A stretch of DNA of 64,000 nt from the human T2T-CHM13v2.0 reference genome, Homo sapiens, in assembly GCF_009914755.1 (NCBI RefSeq), contig NC_060936.1. One strand, written 5' to 3'. Each line of letters opens with the position of its first letter. The first letter of the stretch is position 1. The position numbers were made by a program, and so were the translations under genes. Of the stretch, positions 1 through 13,650 are shown piece after piece. The notes beneath the pieces are model-generated. The model was not told the DNA's origin and ran no database searches. It saw only the letters and a list, made by a program, of their open reading frames with translations.

Positions 1-271
1 AAAGATAGATATAATCATGTAGAACTGACATACTGTAAATGGACAAGAACCAGAAACAGGAGGGGAAAGGAGCTAATCTGTCAGAGGAGCAATCCAACAG
101 ATTCTTTTCTAAATAATAATAAAAATAATAAATACGTTTAACAATAAACAAAAAATAAATACAGATTATTTCCTAAATGCAATGGATGTTATGTGCACAA
201 AATAAAACCGAATTTTTTTTTTTTTTCAATTGTTACGCATTCTGACTTTTTGTAGTTGTTGTTGTTTTGGT

Positions 272-403
272 TTGTTTTTTTCAACTTTTATTTTAGATTC
301 AGTGAGTACATGTGCAGGCTTATTACCTGGGTATACTGCCAGATGCTGAGGTTTGGAGTATGAAAGATCCCGTCGTGCAAGTATTGAACAGAGTATCCAA
401 CAG
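272..403 (-). mobile_element. L1 3'-end fragment (L1PB/L1MA-like)
   Basis: T-tract then caacttttattttagattcagtgagtacatgtgcagg...gctgaggtttgg, the reverse complement of an L1 3'UTR end. Confidence 0.75.
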
Positions 404-902
404 GCATTCTGACTTTGATCTATCAGCATTACACTGAAATTCTAGTATAACAGAAGAAATCTACCAATCCTGGTACTAATCCACAATATCCTTACCAAAG
501 CTGTGACGGTTTTAAAATTAATGCTTATGTCCTAGAATATAATAAACAGAATGTATACTGAGCAGCAAACTTTGGCTTAACAATCAAAAAAATTAATAAT
601 AAATGCAAAACGTAAACTATCAGTTAAGGAAGTACAAGTAATCATTCGCCTGGTTAATGCTGGTCTGAGCTAAATGTAAAGAGAAAAGGAAAAATGATAC
701 ACTATACAAAAGACACATGCCCACATACAACAGAAGAACCTTCTTGGAACCTGATCACAGGGAAAGAAGTATAACAGTTCAGGCCTTATACATTAAAAAA
801 AAAAAAAAAGGGGTGGGGGGGCTCAGACCTCATCAACTGACTTGGAATAGGAACTGCTAGGATCATCTGAAAGGAATTAAAATTTAAAATCATTATACAT
901 TA

Positions 903-986
903 TATCAGGTTAAACCATATGACACTGCCATTTTTGTGGATGAAAACCAGGAGAATATCAGCAATTTCATAGAGCTCAACCTAATA
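903..986. mobile_element. MADE2-like mariner MITE
   Basis: ~84 bp with degenerate inverted termini tatcaggttaaaccatatga / tttcatagagctcaacctaata and TA ends. Confidence 0.7.
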
Positions 987-1299
987 AAATGGATTGAGCA
1001 GAACATTCAAAATGGGCAACCTAAAAAGAGCAAAATGGAGCCCAGGACTCAAGATCTGACATTAGGTAGACTGAATGAGTCAGTTTAACTCAATGGGAGA
1101 AAAAAAGCATTTAACAGTCAGAAATGGGTTGGTCAAACATCGTCTTCTAAGGACGATCATTAGAAGAGGAAAAGAAAATCTGGCCTTTCTCATTCAAGCA
1201 GTATTTAGAAGGAAGAGTTTTCTACGTTCACAATGAGGTTACAGTAGTATTTGTATCCTAACTGAGGGATTAAAATGTTGACTACTTACCAGAGTTAAG

Positions 1300-1462
1300 A
1301 GGAGGACACCTGTGCCAGACACTGTGTTTAGCAATTTGCAGTATACACTCTACATGGATCCTTTCGCCTGATCTTCCCAATGCCCTATGCAATGTAGTAT
1401 TTAATATTATTACCCCCAATTGCCAGATGAGGTAACTAACCGGTCTTTGAGAAGTTAAGAAA
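1300..1462 (-). mobile_element. MIR SINE
   Basis: tattattacccccaattgccagatgaggtaact resembles the reverse MIR core. Confidence 0.65.
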
Positions 1463-2019
1463 AGCCTGAGTCCATCACACATTCCAAACATACCGCTTGT
1501 TCTGCCTACATACTCACTAAGCAACCTCCTAATTATAACGTGGTTTCCCATGTGGTAAATCTACAGGGAAGAGAATGTGCTAGCCAAGACCTGAGAGTCT
1601 GTTTCCCAAGGCAGTTTTTTTTTTTTTTTTTTTTACTGTAAATTAATGGACATTCTGATTTTTATATCAAGCTCATGAACTCTGTAAATATGAACCTGAG
1701 ACAAAAATTAGGTAACTGTAGAAATACTAGGCTACAGGGTCTATAAGTTTCAGACTCTTTACTATGGTAAACTACTAAGAAATGCAATCTCTATCCTGAG
1801 AGGTCCCTTTAGAGACAGCAAGTCTCCTTTACCCCAAGAGAGGAGATACCTCAGTATCATCATTAGCAATCTCTTCCTTTTTGAAATCTCTAGAGTAGAA
1901 AGAAGCAACAACGAAATGACAAAATTCTAATTCTGACTCTGCTGTGCTAGCACTTAATCCTAAGCAAATTGCTCTATCTCCCTTGGTTTCATTTTTCTTA
2001 TGTGTAAAATAGAGAAACT

Positions 2020-2312
2020 GGCTGGTGCAGTGGCTCACGCCTGTAATCCCAGCACTTTGGGAGGCTGAGGCAGGCAGATCACCTGAGGCCAGGAGTTCAA
2101 GGGCAGCCTGGTCAACATGGTGAAACCCCGTCTCTATTAAAATACCCAAATTAGCTGGGCATAGTGGCGGGTGCCTGTAATCCCAGCTATACAAGAGGCT
2201 GAGGTAGAAGGATTGCTTGAATCTGGGAGGGAGAGGCTGCAGTGAGCTGATATCACGCTACTGCACTCCAGCATGGGTGACAGAACGAGACTCCCTCTCA
2301 AAAAATAAAAAC
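2020..2312 (+). mobile_element. AluS, full length, inserted in a MIR
   Basis: Dimeric Alu from ggctggtgcagtggctcacgcc; degenerate A-tail; TSD-like agaaactg(g) on both flanks. Confidence 0.95.
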
Positions 2313-4374
2313 AATTTTAAAAAGGAAGAAAAAGAAACTGGGCCCTCTGATGTATGTATATTCCTTTCTATTCCTTTCTTATCTAGCACATATGGCTGCC
2401 TATCGCGCGAAATCCTCTTGCCTTGTACACGTCTCTTGCCTTCCGTGTACAATTCTAATTTTATATCTATTTATCTGACCCTTCCTTCTCTGTGTCTCTG
2501 ACTGGCTCCCCTATGTACTTTCTGCCTCTCTCCCACCCAACCACTATCTCCACACCCACCACAGTAGAGTCTGGAGTCTTCTATTTTCATCTCACTGGCA
2601 CTCAAACTTATGACTATAGATTTATATTTATAAACACTACCTGTACCCTTCATTACCCAACTACTGTGAATCATATTAAGTCTAGTGCGGTTATCTGTAT
2701 ACACTTGAGGTACTGAAATACTGTACCTTGTCTGAAAGACCCACATGCAATTCAGGATTACAACTGGATATTTGTATTTTCCTTTCCAAGTTTAGCCTCT
2801 TGTTTCCACTTAGCTGAATTTACAAAACTATAATTCTAAGCTTCATTTATCTTTCATCTCCAAAATCTTGACAGTAATCTTATTCCTATCCTCAAACTCA
2901 AACACAAAAACTCTATTCCTATTAAGAACTTCCAAATTCCTCTAGACTAGACTTCCAAACTGGTGAGCTGGAGAAGCTATCTCATAGTATGTTAATAGTT
3001 GTGCTGTGAAAAAAGGTGTTTTGTGTTCAGTACAGTTAAATAGGTTTTCTTCAGCCAGATACTTTTCATAGCCTTGCATATTTGTGAACCTACAAGAGGG
3101 AAATATTATATGCAACATTTCCTGAACTTGTTTTTACCTACTTTTTCCTACAGAGAACCTATTAATATCACTTCAAACTACTGTTTCACAGAATAATATA
3201 TGCGCTCTCGTCTTTCCTATTTCAAAGTATCCACCACTTAAATATAAAAGCACTTCTGATTTCTGTTTCCCAATATCCAATAAGTAGCTAAGTTCCTTTT
3301 TCTTCCCAACTTATCACATTCATCTTTTCTTTCTATTCCCTCTAAACCACAAAATTTCAGATCTGGTCGTATATAACAGTTACAAATCCTGTCCATAAAA
3401 CATTAGATACATTGCTATCAACACTGTGAGGGTGCCATGAGGACTAAAAGACAACAAATACGACATCTTGCATACTATCTCTTTCATAAGGACCCAACAT
3501 TTCTACCTGATAGTTGCAAAATGTTCTTTACTATGCCAAATTTTAATTTGAAGTGTATGGATTTTCATCTCCAAGATAAGGGCAGCAGTGGTCTTATACA
3601 TATCAGCTATGATTGAGGGCTGATGAGGTAATTAGGAAATGTTATGAATATGACATGAGTAAAACCAGTGGTACAGGGGGTGTCACAGCTAGCACTGGGT
3701 CATCATTCCCTCCAAAATATAATCAGGAGATAAACAACAAGTAACAGTTTACAGCTAGTTTCTTATTCGAGCATTTCAAGTTGGGTTTTTCTAGCTCTTT
3801 ATACCTGTATACTGCATACCTCAATTAATTTATATGTTTCTGAAGAGGTGAAGACTGACTTTCATGTCGTTTAACCTCTTACTGACATGGGCAAGAAAAG
3901 ACCAGGTATTCATATAGTATTTCCTCATTCAAGGCTTATCTGCATGGTAGGTGTTGGGGACACAGTGGTGAGCAAGACACAATAATTCCTGTCTCCATGG
4001 AACTTACATTCCTTTGAAGGAGGTATCAATCAATCAATCAATCAAACTACTAATTACACAATTTAATTACAATTGTGGTAAGTATATACTGGTTGATTCT
4101 TTTTTTAACCTTTTATTATTCATAGTTCAGTAAAAAAGGAAAAAAGTAGGCATGAAGTTCACACAGGGTTCAAAGCAGTGTCTGATTAGAGCCTTTTAGA
4201 ATTGGCAAAAAAAAAAAAAAAGGAAAGGAAAGATAAGGATGGGTAAATGGGAAATGTCTGGTCACAAGGCAGTATTAGAAACAAATTCTTTGAACTTGTA
4301 CCTATACTAGCAAACACATCTCAAAGTACTACCTCTGGCTTGCTGCCAAATCTAAATGAAAAACCACCCAATTT

Positions 4375-4640
4375 TGAATGCTTACTATATAGAGAGCACT
4401 ATGCTGCCAGTTTTACATAAAGTGGATGATTATTAATGATGATGGTAACAATAGCTAACATTTCAACAGCGTTTTTGGTTTACTGTGCTCCTATGAGACT
4501 GGTATTAATCAGCTTTCCATTTTACAATAGAGGAAACTGAAGTGAGGCAGGTTAAGAAATTTGTCCAAGTTCACACAACTATTAAGGGGCAGAGCTGGGA
4601 TTCACACCCAGTCAGTGTGGTTTGCTCCTCAGCACTCTGC
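4375..4640 (-). mobile_element. MIR SINE
   Basis: ccattttacaatagaggaaactgaag...aggttaagaaatttgtccaagttcacaca...agctgggattc. Confidence 0.75.
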
Positions 4641-5207
4641 CTTTGCATGTATGTTATGGAGGCATGGAACCACACCTCTCTGAGACAATCATCTATTTGG
4701 AAAAGCAATGCATAGAATTAAAAACAAAAAATAGACTACCAAGTAAATGTAAAATATTGTTCACATTACTGAAAACACTAGCCGTTACATAAAGTATACT
4801 TGCTTGAATCAGATATTTGAACACTTAAAATTGTCACATGCTAAGATTAGCCAAAATCTGAAAAGCTCTTACAGGTATTTCAGAAACTCGAGATATTATG
4901 TATTAAGAAGCTGTCACCAAAATTCTTGGGAATTTTAATCCAGAAGTGTCCTGTGTTTTAGGGATCAACAATTTTCATTATCATCAATATTTAATAAAGC
5001 CCATTATGTGAAAGGCATCATATTACACTAAGGAAACACGAAGACTGAAAAAGGGAAAAGATCCCGTCTAGCTTACAATCCAAGAATTGCTCATTAAAAA
5101 TGAACTAGAAAACCTCCATTTGTTCTAGCAATAAGCTTATACTTTTCATACATAATGCGTAAATTTAACAGTATAGAGAGAATCATGTTATATAAATGTC
5201 AACTTAC

Positions 5208-5273
5208 GTCTTTCAGAATCAAAATATTCAAGACAAGTTAATTAATCCATTCTGATGGATGACGACCTGTATT
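5208..5273 (-). other. Probable non-coding (5'UTR) internal exon of the minus-strand gene; alternative acceptor would extend it to 5303
   Basis: Minus-strand donor GAC|GTAAGT at 5208/5207; acceptor ttctgctttcag|AAT at 5274/5273 or ttttaaag|ATT at 5304/5303; non-repeat sequence. Confidence 0.55.
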
Positions 5274-6319
5274 CTGAAAGCAGAATTACTGTAGTTCCTC
5301 AATCTTTAAAAATTATTATTTCGAATTTTGAGAATATGTCTTACTGCTATATTAGCAATGAGCCTAAGTATGCGGTCGAACACAAGTTAGGCACTTATAT
5401 ATTTGTTAAATGAATAAATGGCACTGCTAGAAAAACACAGAAATATAAAATCTGCACCCTCTCCATATATATTGCTGTCATATAACTTACAATTGAAGCA
5501 ATGAAGTGCTTTTACTACATTCCAAAAAAAAGTGACCACCACAACTCAAGTTCAGGACCACCAAAATATTTCACATGACTGATAAAACAGGTAAGAGAGG
5601 AGTCTTTTCTGGATTGCCCCAGACACATTTATAATTCCAGTGATAGGTGTTCTGTTAACTTTCTGGGGAAAGATACTACTTTTACTGTAAAGTTTCCTGA
5701 CGAGCCAGGAGTTATTTTTAGTATTATTATTTCAAAAACAAATAATAAAACATTCCCATAAAATAACATTACTTGAAGAATATTTAACAAATCAATTTAG
5801 ACTGGAAGAATTTCTTTTTTAAACAACTTCAGAAATTTGTCATCAAATGTTTCCTCATTGGGGGAGGGGGTTAATTATGTCTGATATGTAAAACACAAAA
5901 TCCAAGCTAGGAGTTTGGATGAGGTGGAGGTTAGGGAAAGAAGTGCAGTGATGGAGAACCTACCAATCTTAGAGAACCTCCCAATCTCCTCTCTCCCATT
6001 GTAGGTGCTCCTGAGAGGCTCTGGGAAGTACAGATTACAAGGTTAAAACCGAAGGTGTTCAATTTACCCTCAACAATAAATAGTTTCTGAATTTACCTTG
6101 GATGTACAAAATCATGTAAGGTATTGCAAAAGAAATTACAGACAAGGTTTACACAATTGATGGTTGCTAGAATTACTGGTGATGTATTTTGTCAGACTTT
6201 GTGCAGCATCAGATACAACTGCATATGCCTTAGAACACTCATCTTAAAGTCATAATTGTCTAGAAAAATAAATATTTTCTCCCTCTCTCGCTACACATAT
6301 ATATAATATGTATATTAGG

Positions 6320-6421
6320 TAGAGACAGGGTCTCACTACGTTGCCCAGGCTGATCTCCACCTCCTGGTAGCTGGGATTCCCAAGAAGCTTGGAATACAGG
6401 CATAAGCTACCACACCCAGCT
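6320..6421 (-). mobile_element. Alu monomer/FLAM-like fragment, internally deleted
   Basis: agagacagggtctcactacgttgcccaggctg...acaggcataagctaccacacccagc. Confidence 0.75.
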
Positions 6422-6859
6422 ATATTACAATTTTTAAATGAGAAGAAATATTTCTACTATTGATGTTTATGTAGGTAATATCTGCTTTAACAGGATAATA
6501 AAGTAGTATGCAAAGTTTGGGGAATGCAGTCTTCCCTAAGGGAAGACACTTTTACTTAACTGAGTATAAAAATTGCAAATAGATACAGATTATTCATTTT
6601 ATAGCTGTGCCAAACATACAAAACAAAACGTTCTGGCTCCACAGTCTTACAAGATACTTATCCTTCTAAATTCTCATTGTTAAAAGAATAATTCCCAAAT
6701 TTATAAAGCAGACTTTTTAGTTATTATTATAGAACACAAAAAAAGTGAGCCTTTTCTACACGGTGGCAAATCAAATTCTTTCCTCAGAAGAAAACTCTGT
6801 AGGAACTTGTATGCATTATGGACCAAAAAATTCAGAAGTCACTCTCTCTCAAAAATAAA

Positions 6860-6884
6860 CACCACCACCACCACCACCACCACC
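6860..6884. repeat. (CAC)n microsatellite
   Basis: About 8 CAC units. Confidence 0.9.
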
Positions 6885-7800
6885 AAACAAAGAAACAAAC
6901 AAAAACAATCACAGTGCTATCCTGAAAAGCATTTCGCAATTTTAAAGATTAACAACTACTCTGTATATGTGCAGGGATACACAAGGATCAGCAGACAGAA
7001 GCTTCCTTTGTCACTGCCAAATGATACTGAATACAGACCCTGTAGGATATTAAACACCTTGTATTTTACATGGATCTAGGGCCCAGCTTTTGAGATACTC
7101 CTAGGCAGAGCCCAGCTGTTTTGAGTGACTTATCCACAGGAGTTTAATTTCAATTGTATGCTGGGAAGCGGGAGGTAGTGATTATACCTTCTCCCAAATC
7201 TTTCTAGCACACTAATGAACATTTTAAGGAATAGTCTCCAACTGAGATTAATTTGTCCTTCAAATATTCTCCTCTTAATTCACTAATGGCAATATCTGAT
7301 TCACCACACTTTAAATGGAAGAACACAAGACCAAGCTTATAATGAAACTTATGATTTACTCATTTTACAACTGAAAATGCCACAGAACAAATGTACCCTT
7401 CTCTGCATCCTCCTCTACTACCTTCAAAGGAAAACTGTACTGGAAGTAACATTATACTACTACTTACTTCCATAAAAATACATAAACTGGTTCCTTCAAC
7501 TCTTTTCATTTGCTTATTTCTCCTGATACCAAACTTCATACCAATGTTCTTTTCTTCTTCTTAGACAGTATCATAAAATCGGGTGTGACTATTCAGAATT
7601 CCACCAGTAGTAGAATACCAATTAAATTATATGTTCATCCTTTTCACTCTTTAATCAAAAACCTAAAGGAAAGCATAAAAGACAAGTTTCAAATACCGTA
7701 ACTAGATGTTCACAGAATGGGACAAAGAAAGGAACAAATGACATTTTACAAATACTAAATCCTGCCTTTGGATTTCAGGGGGTTGGGGGCATGCAGGAAT

Positions 7801-7900
<100 letters not shown>

Positions 7901-9035
7901 GAATGGAGAAATCATTTAAAAAAAAAATCCAAGGGTTTCAGTTCACTACAAACTAACCTAACTGGCCCCTACTTAACAAAAGATTTTTACACACTGACTA
8001 CACATCCATGAATAATGAAGATAAAATGACTGGTGACCAAAAAACTAAAGATGCGTAACATACTGCCTTTCTTTTCCCTAAAAAACCCCCAATAACCCAT
8101 ACTTCAAACCATAATGATTCCATAATAGAAATCAATCCCCTCGTGGAATACAGAAGGATTAAATGATATTTTTTGAAGTGGCCATTTGGCCTCCGTTTCA
8201 TGTTTTCTTCTTGTGGGTGTAGAGAGAACCTGTCAGTGAGTGACATTCAGAGGTGCTCAATGACTAATGAGCCTGCAAACTAAGCTTTATCTGTTCTCAA
8301 CACTATGCTGTTATTCATCTTATTTACTCTTCTGAAATGATCTCTTTGGCTCCTTGAGTTTTATGACTATTTACTACTGCTGCTGGGGAAAATCAGAAGT
8401 AGTAAAGATGGTCACACACAGAGTAAGATTTCACACACTTTCTCCAATATATTTAGACAATGGGATACAGCTTCAAGACTAAGGATATGCCCTCTGGCCA
8501 TGGCAAATAGGAAGCTATTTTGCATGTGTCTTACTAACAAAAATCAAGACTTGCCTTAAGAAGCAATTGAACCTGTATACTGCCAGAAAGGCTCAATTTC
8601 AGCCATGCAAAAGTCAAAATCGTTTTGACATAAATTTTTAAAATTTAAACAACTCTGGAGGGCCATTTGCAACTTATTCTCCAAGAACTTCTCATTCGCA
8701 CATTTACATGCATACTAGCTGCTACTCATTGTGGTGGTCAATATGCTAGGCATCCACAGTGTTCGTAAAGTTAGGTGTTTTACAGGAATAATATAAAGTT
8801 CCTCTGTTGCTGAAGCATCTAAATGGTAACAACTACATTTACATTTCCCATTTCATATTGTTACTTCTATGTTTTCTAGTTTGTACCTCTTGGTTTATGC
8901 TCCAGAGTAGATCCAAAGCTACTTAAGGCATTAAAAAAAAAATCACTATTTTAGGCTCTCAGAAAAAGGTAAACATTACAATAACTTTTAAGCCAAGCTT
9001 TTGGAAAAAAAAGGACTTTTGAAGGTGGTCTAAGG

Positions 9036-9210
9036 CAGAGGTTGGCCAAAATCACCCACAGCCTGAGTTTGCACAGCCAAAGACTAAGAATTTTTATTTT
9101 ATTATTTCACATCTTAAAGGCTTAAAAATGAAGAATACACAACAAAGATAGTCCTCAAAGCCTAAAATATTTAATATCTGACCCTTTACAAAAATATTGG
9201 CCTCTCCCTG
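9036..9210. mobile_element. MER58-family hAT-Charlie MITE with intact 8-bp TSD
   Basis: CAG...CTG termini; gtctaagg duplicated at 9028-9035 and 9211-9218; aagcctaaaatattta...ccctttaca motif. Confidence 0.8.
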
Positions 9211-11257
9211 GTCTAAGGCAACCAGTTGCTAAAATTAGCTCTATATCCACATAATGGAACTAGTCTTTTAAAAAATTCACTTCATACCGTTGGAATCAGT
9301 CTCCAGGACCAAGACTTAATCTTGATTTTAAAAAGCTCCTGTGGAACTTCTGAGCCAGAAGGATAATGGCAGTAGCCTGATCCCAATCTCTCTTTTCCCC
9401 CAAAAAGCACAATATCATAAGAAGTACAAATAAAACCATAGGTAGCCTCCAGTATTAACAGCAAGTGGAGTACCACAAACTTCAAATTACCTGTAAGTAG
9501 AGAAATAAATGCCAAAATCCAACAAAACTCCCTTGGCCAATGCAAATCTGAGGGTACATCGTAGGAGAGGGGAGGCTTAAGACTCTATGACAAAAGAGAA
9601 AAGGGGACCAAAGGACATAGAGGAAGTACAGACAAAATCACCCATAGAAAAGAAAGTCCAACACACACTGACAAAATACTAAACACTAGAATTTGATATT
9701 TCACAATATCAGCTATACAAGAGATTGAAAGGGAATAGCAGCGGAAATGGCAGGCACAATTAGGGCTTCTGGGGGAGAAGATAAACAGAGAAGGGAGGTG
9801 TCCCTTGGAGATATGGCAGTAAAGGAAAAGAAGAGAAAATTAAGGATCTTATAGAAACCAAAGAGAAAGACACATAAACTCCTGCCTCCTCTTCACTACC
9901 ATCATTATCCATTAAAAAGATGTACTTCACTATTTTGACAATAAGCATTCTTAAACTAAGAACCTAGTTCACAAACTACCAAGGAATAAAAGAAAATAAA
10001 AATCAAGCCAACTCCATAGAAAAGGAACTGGAGGAAGAAAACAGAAAATGCAAATCACATTTCAGCTGATGAACATTCTCTCCACAAAACAATCACCCCC
10101 TGCCCCAAACACACTCCACAAAATGGAAGAAAACTGTAAAGCAATACTTCAAATTAAATTAAATACTCAAGCAAGTATTTGCAGATATTAACAACAGAAA
10201 CAAAAATCACCTGGAACCAAAAATTCAAAAACTAAAAAGAGAGATGAACACAAATCCAGGAAGAAATACAATGACACCTGATCATTCTCAGGGAGGAAAT
10301 TGAAAGAAAAAAGACAAAATTATTTTGGAAATTAAGAATTACAAAATGCTCATTGGAGAACGGATTTCGAGTAGAAAATCTAGCAAGGGTCACTGAAGAA
10401 ATTAAGAAAAATAAGAGAATGAAAATTAGATTTTTTAAAAAAGGAGTAAGGGTCAAGAGGTAGTAGCTGAAACAGAAAATGTGCAAGAGATCCAACACTG
10501 TATAACTGGAGTCTTTTCAGAAACAACGGAACAGAACTAGTATTTAAAAACTATAATTCAAGAAATCTTTCCACATAGAAGAGGCAATCTAAACCAGCAT
10601 AATGAAAGGGTCCACTGTATATCCGGAAAACTGGACCTAGAACAATCTACTTCAAGACATGTACTAAACTAGTTTAAAGATTAAAAAAAAATCCCCAGAG
10701 CATCCGAACAAAAAAACAAACATTACTTTAAAAAGTAAGAAAACTAGACTTCAAAAACATACAAAGAAAGATAACCACGGAACAGCATTTTCAAGAAACT
10801 TCAGAATGTGGGAGCTGAGCTTTCCTTCAAGCATTAAGTATACAAAAAGAGAAACAGTTTCGAATGTACAAGAACTCAGCAATACATTGGAGCATTCCTA
10901 AGGAATTTATTAGAGAGTGAAATTCATCCAACTAAGAGCTAATCTGGGAAGCTTTAGCAAAATGACTAATGGCAAGCATTTAATATAGTTAATCGTAGGA
11001 CTAAAACTAAAGTGGAACACGGTAAAAAGAAAAGAATGCATATGTTATACACATGCTGATAACGTAGGAAAAATGCACAGATATACTGAATAAAAATGAC
11101 AGAAGAGGAAATCCCCCAAAATAAGAGATTAAAGACTTCTATGAAAATAAATCTTAAAACCTAAATGAAATAATTTCTTAAGAAAATACAGCTTACCAAA
11201 ACTGACCATAACAGAGACAGATGAAACAGAAAATGTTGCAAAGAAAAATCCCTATAA

Positions 11258-11424
11258 TTTTTTTTTTTTTTTTTGAGACACAGTCTCACTCTGTCACCCA
11301 GGCTGGAGTGCAGTGGCGTGATCTTGGCTCACTGCAACCTCCGCCTCCCAGACTCAAGTGATTCTCGTGCCTCAGCCTCCTGAGTGGCTGGGATTACAGA
11401 CGTGTACCACCACGCCCAGCTAAT
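11258..11424 (-). mobile_element. Alu right arm (5'-truncated)
   Basis: Poly-T then gagacacagtctcactctgtcacccaggctggagtgcagtgg...cacgcccagctaat. Confidence 0.93.
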
Positions 11425-13097
11425 GCAAGTTTCTTATGAAGCAAATAAACACTGACATCTAAACCTAATAAAGAGAAAATTTAGACCAACATTACTTACA
11501 AAAATTGATGCTAATATTTTAGTTAGGATTTCTGCAAATAGTCTCCAAATGGCATGAAGAAAAAATATACCATGATCAAGTGGAATTTATACCAGGAATA
11601 TATAGTCCAATATTAGAAAATCTGGTAAACAGAAATAAATGAGTACTTTACATTATAAATTATATCCACCTCAGTTCTAAAGTCAATTATCTTAATTAAT
11701 GGGGAAAACTAGAGGCATTTAATATACAAGGCAAAGGATGCCTGCTAGTTCCACTACTATTTAACATCATTCTAAAGATACCAGCGAAGAATTAGACAAA
11801 AGAAAACAACTAGAAACATAAGAATTAGGAAGGAAAAATGATCTCTACAGATGACATAATAGTAGACCTTGAATATCACGGACTGAGAGCCAATGAAAAT
11901 TAATTCAATGAAACAACTAAATATAAAAATCAAAACATACATAAAATAGCCTTTATATACACAACTAATAACCAATTACAAAATATAACAGAAAACTCCA
12001 CCACGATAGCAACCAAAAAAGATTAAAGACACTTATGAATAAATATAACAAGAAATGTTCAAAATCTATATAAAGAAAACTGTAAAAACACCTGAAATAT
12101 AACATGGTAGACTTAAACAAAGAGAGACATTCTTTGTCATGATTAGGACTTCTCTAAGTCAATTTGTAAATTTAATGCAAGCCTAATAAAAACAACAAGC
12201 TTTTTTCCTGAAACTAAACAAGCTGGTGTTTAGTTTAGTTTTCGTTTAGGGGAAACGAAACATGCAAAAATAGCCAAGAAACCACAGCGAAGAATAAAGA
12301 TGATGGAAATATTAGCTCTACCAGATACTAAAATACACTGTAAAGTCCCTATGAATAAAACAGTATGGCAATGATAGATAAAAAGACCAATTGACTGAAA
12401 TAGAAAGTCCAGAAACAGATCTAACTACATACAGAAATAAATATATGACAATGGTAGTAGCTTAAATCATTTGTGAGGGAGAGGAAGCAAAAATGGACTT
12501 TTCCATAAACTGTGTTGGGACTACTGAACAGTCATTCAAAGATGAAATTAGATCAATTTCTTATACCACATCAGAATAAATTCCAAATGGAACAAAGCAA
12601 TGAAACTACACAAGAATTAGAAGAAAACATAGGTGAACCACTCTGTAATCGGAGTACAGGGTAAGGTTTAACTGTGACTTAAAAATCAGAGGTATTACAT
12701 AAGCGTGATAAATTTGACCACAAAATTAAACTTCTGCATGGCAAAACACAACATAAGCAAAGATGAGACAGAAGTAACAAATTTGGAGAAAATATTACCA
12801 ATATCACAGAAAAAGGGCTACTTTCCCTAATACATAAAATAAATGTTTTAAGTTGAGGGAAAAAAGAATCAAATCTCCTAAAGAAGAATGATTGAAAGCC
12901 ATAGACAATTCACCAAAATATAAAAATAGCCCTTAAAAAATAAGATGTTCAACTTCACTCAAAAGAGAAATGCAAATTAAAACTATGCTGAAAATATCAT
13001 CTCTCATCATTCACATTAATGAAAGTTCAAAAGCCAGAAAATACTGTTTGGCAAGGTTTGGGGGAAACAATCAATTCACCAGCAATGTATGTAAAAT

Positions 13098-13650
13098 GTC
13101 ATATGGCAATTTTAAAACTTAGTCACAATTTTTCTTTTACACAGCCATGTGGAGAGGTTGTAGTCTATGTCCCTACACTTGAATCTGGGCAGACTTAGTA
13201 CTGCTTTGGCCAAAAGAATATCACAGAAGCAACATTATGGGACTTGAAGCCAGGTCAGCTTCTGTCTGACTGTCTTGGAATGCCCACTCTTCGGATATGC
13301 CCTATCAGAAATCAGGCTCCCAATTCCGTAAAGAAGCGTAAGCTACAAAGAGAGGCCATGTGTACATGTCTGGTTGACAGTCTAAACTGAGCCCAATATC
13401 AGCAGTCATCCCAGCCTAGGCACCAGATATGAATGAAGAAATCAACATGTAATTCTAGCCCGTAACTATTCTATCCAGCCCCCGGTCATTTGAGACTTTC
13501 CCATGAAAGTTCCAGACAGTGTAGAGGAGAGAACAAGTCACCCCGATGTCCCCAACCCAAATTTCTGACTGAGGATCCAGGAGCATAATAAAACAACTGT
13601 TTTACACAATTAAGTTTGGGGTGGTCTGTTATGCAGTAACGGATTGCTAG
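13098..13650 (+). mobile_element. MLT1 (G/H-like) MaLR solo LTR nested in L1
   Basis: cttgaatctgggcagac...ttggccaaaagaatatcacagaag...taagtttggggtggtctgttatgcag terminal motif. Confidence 0.7.
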
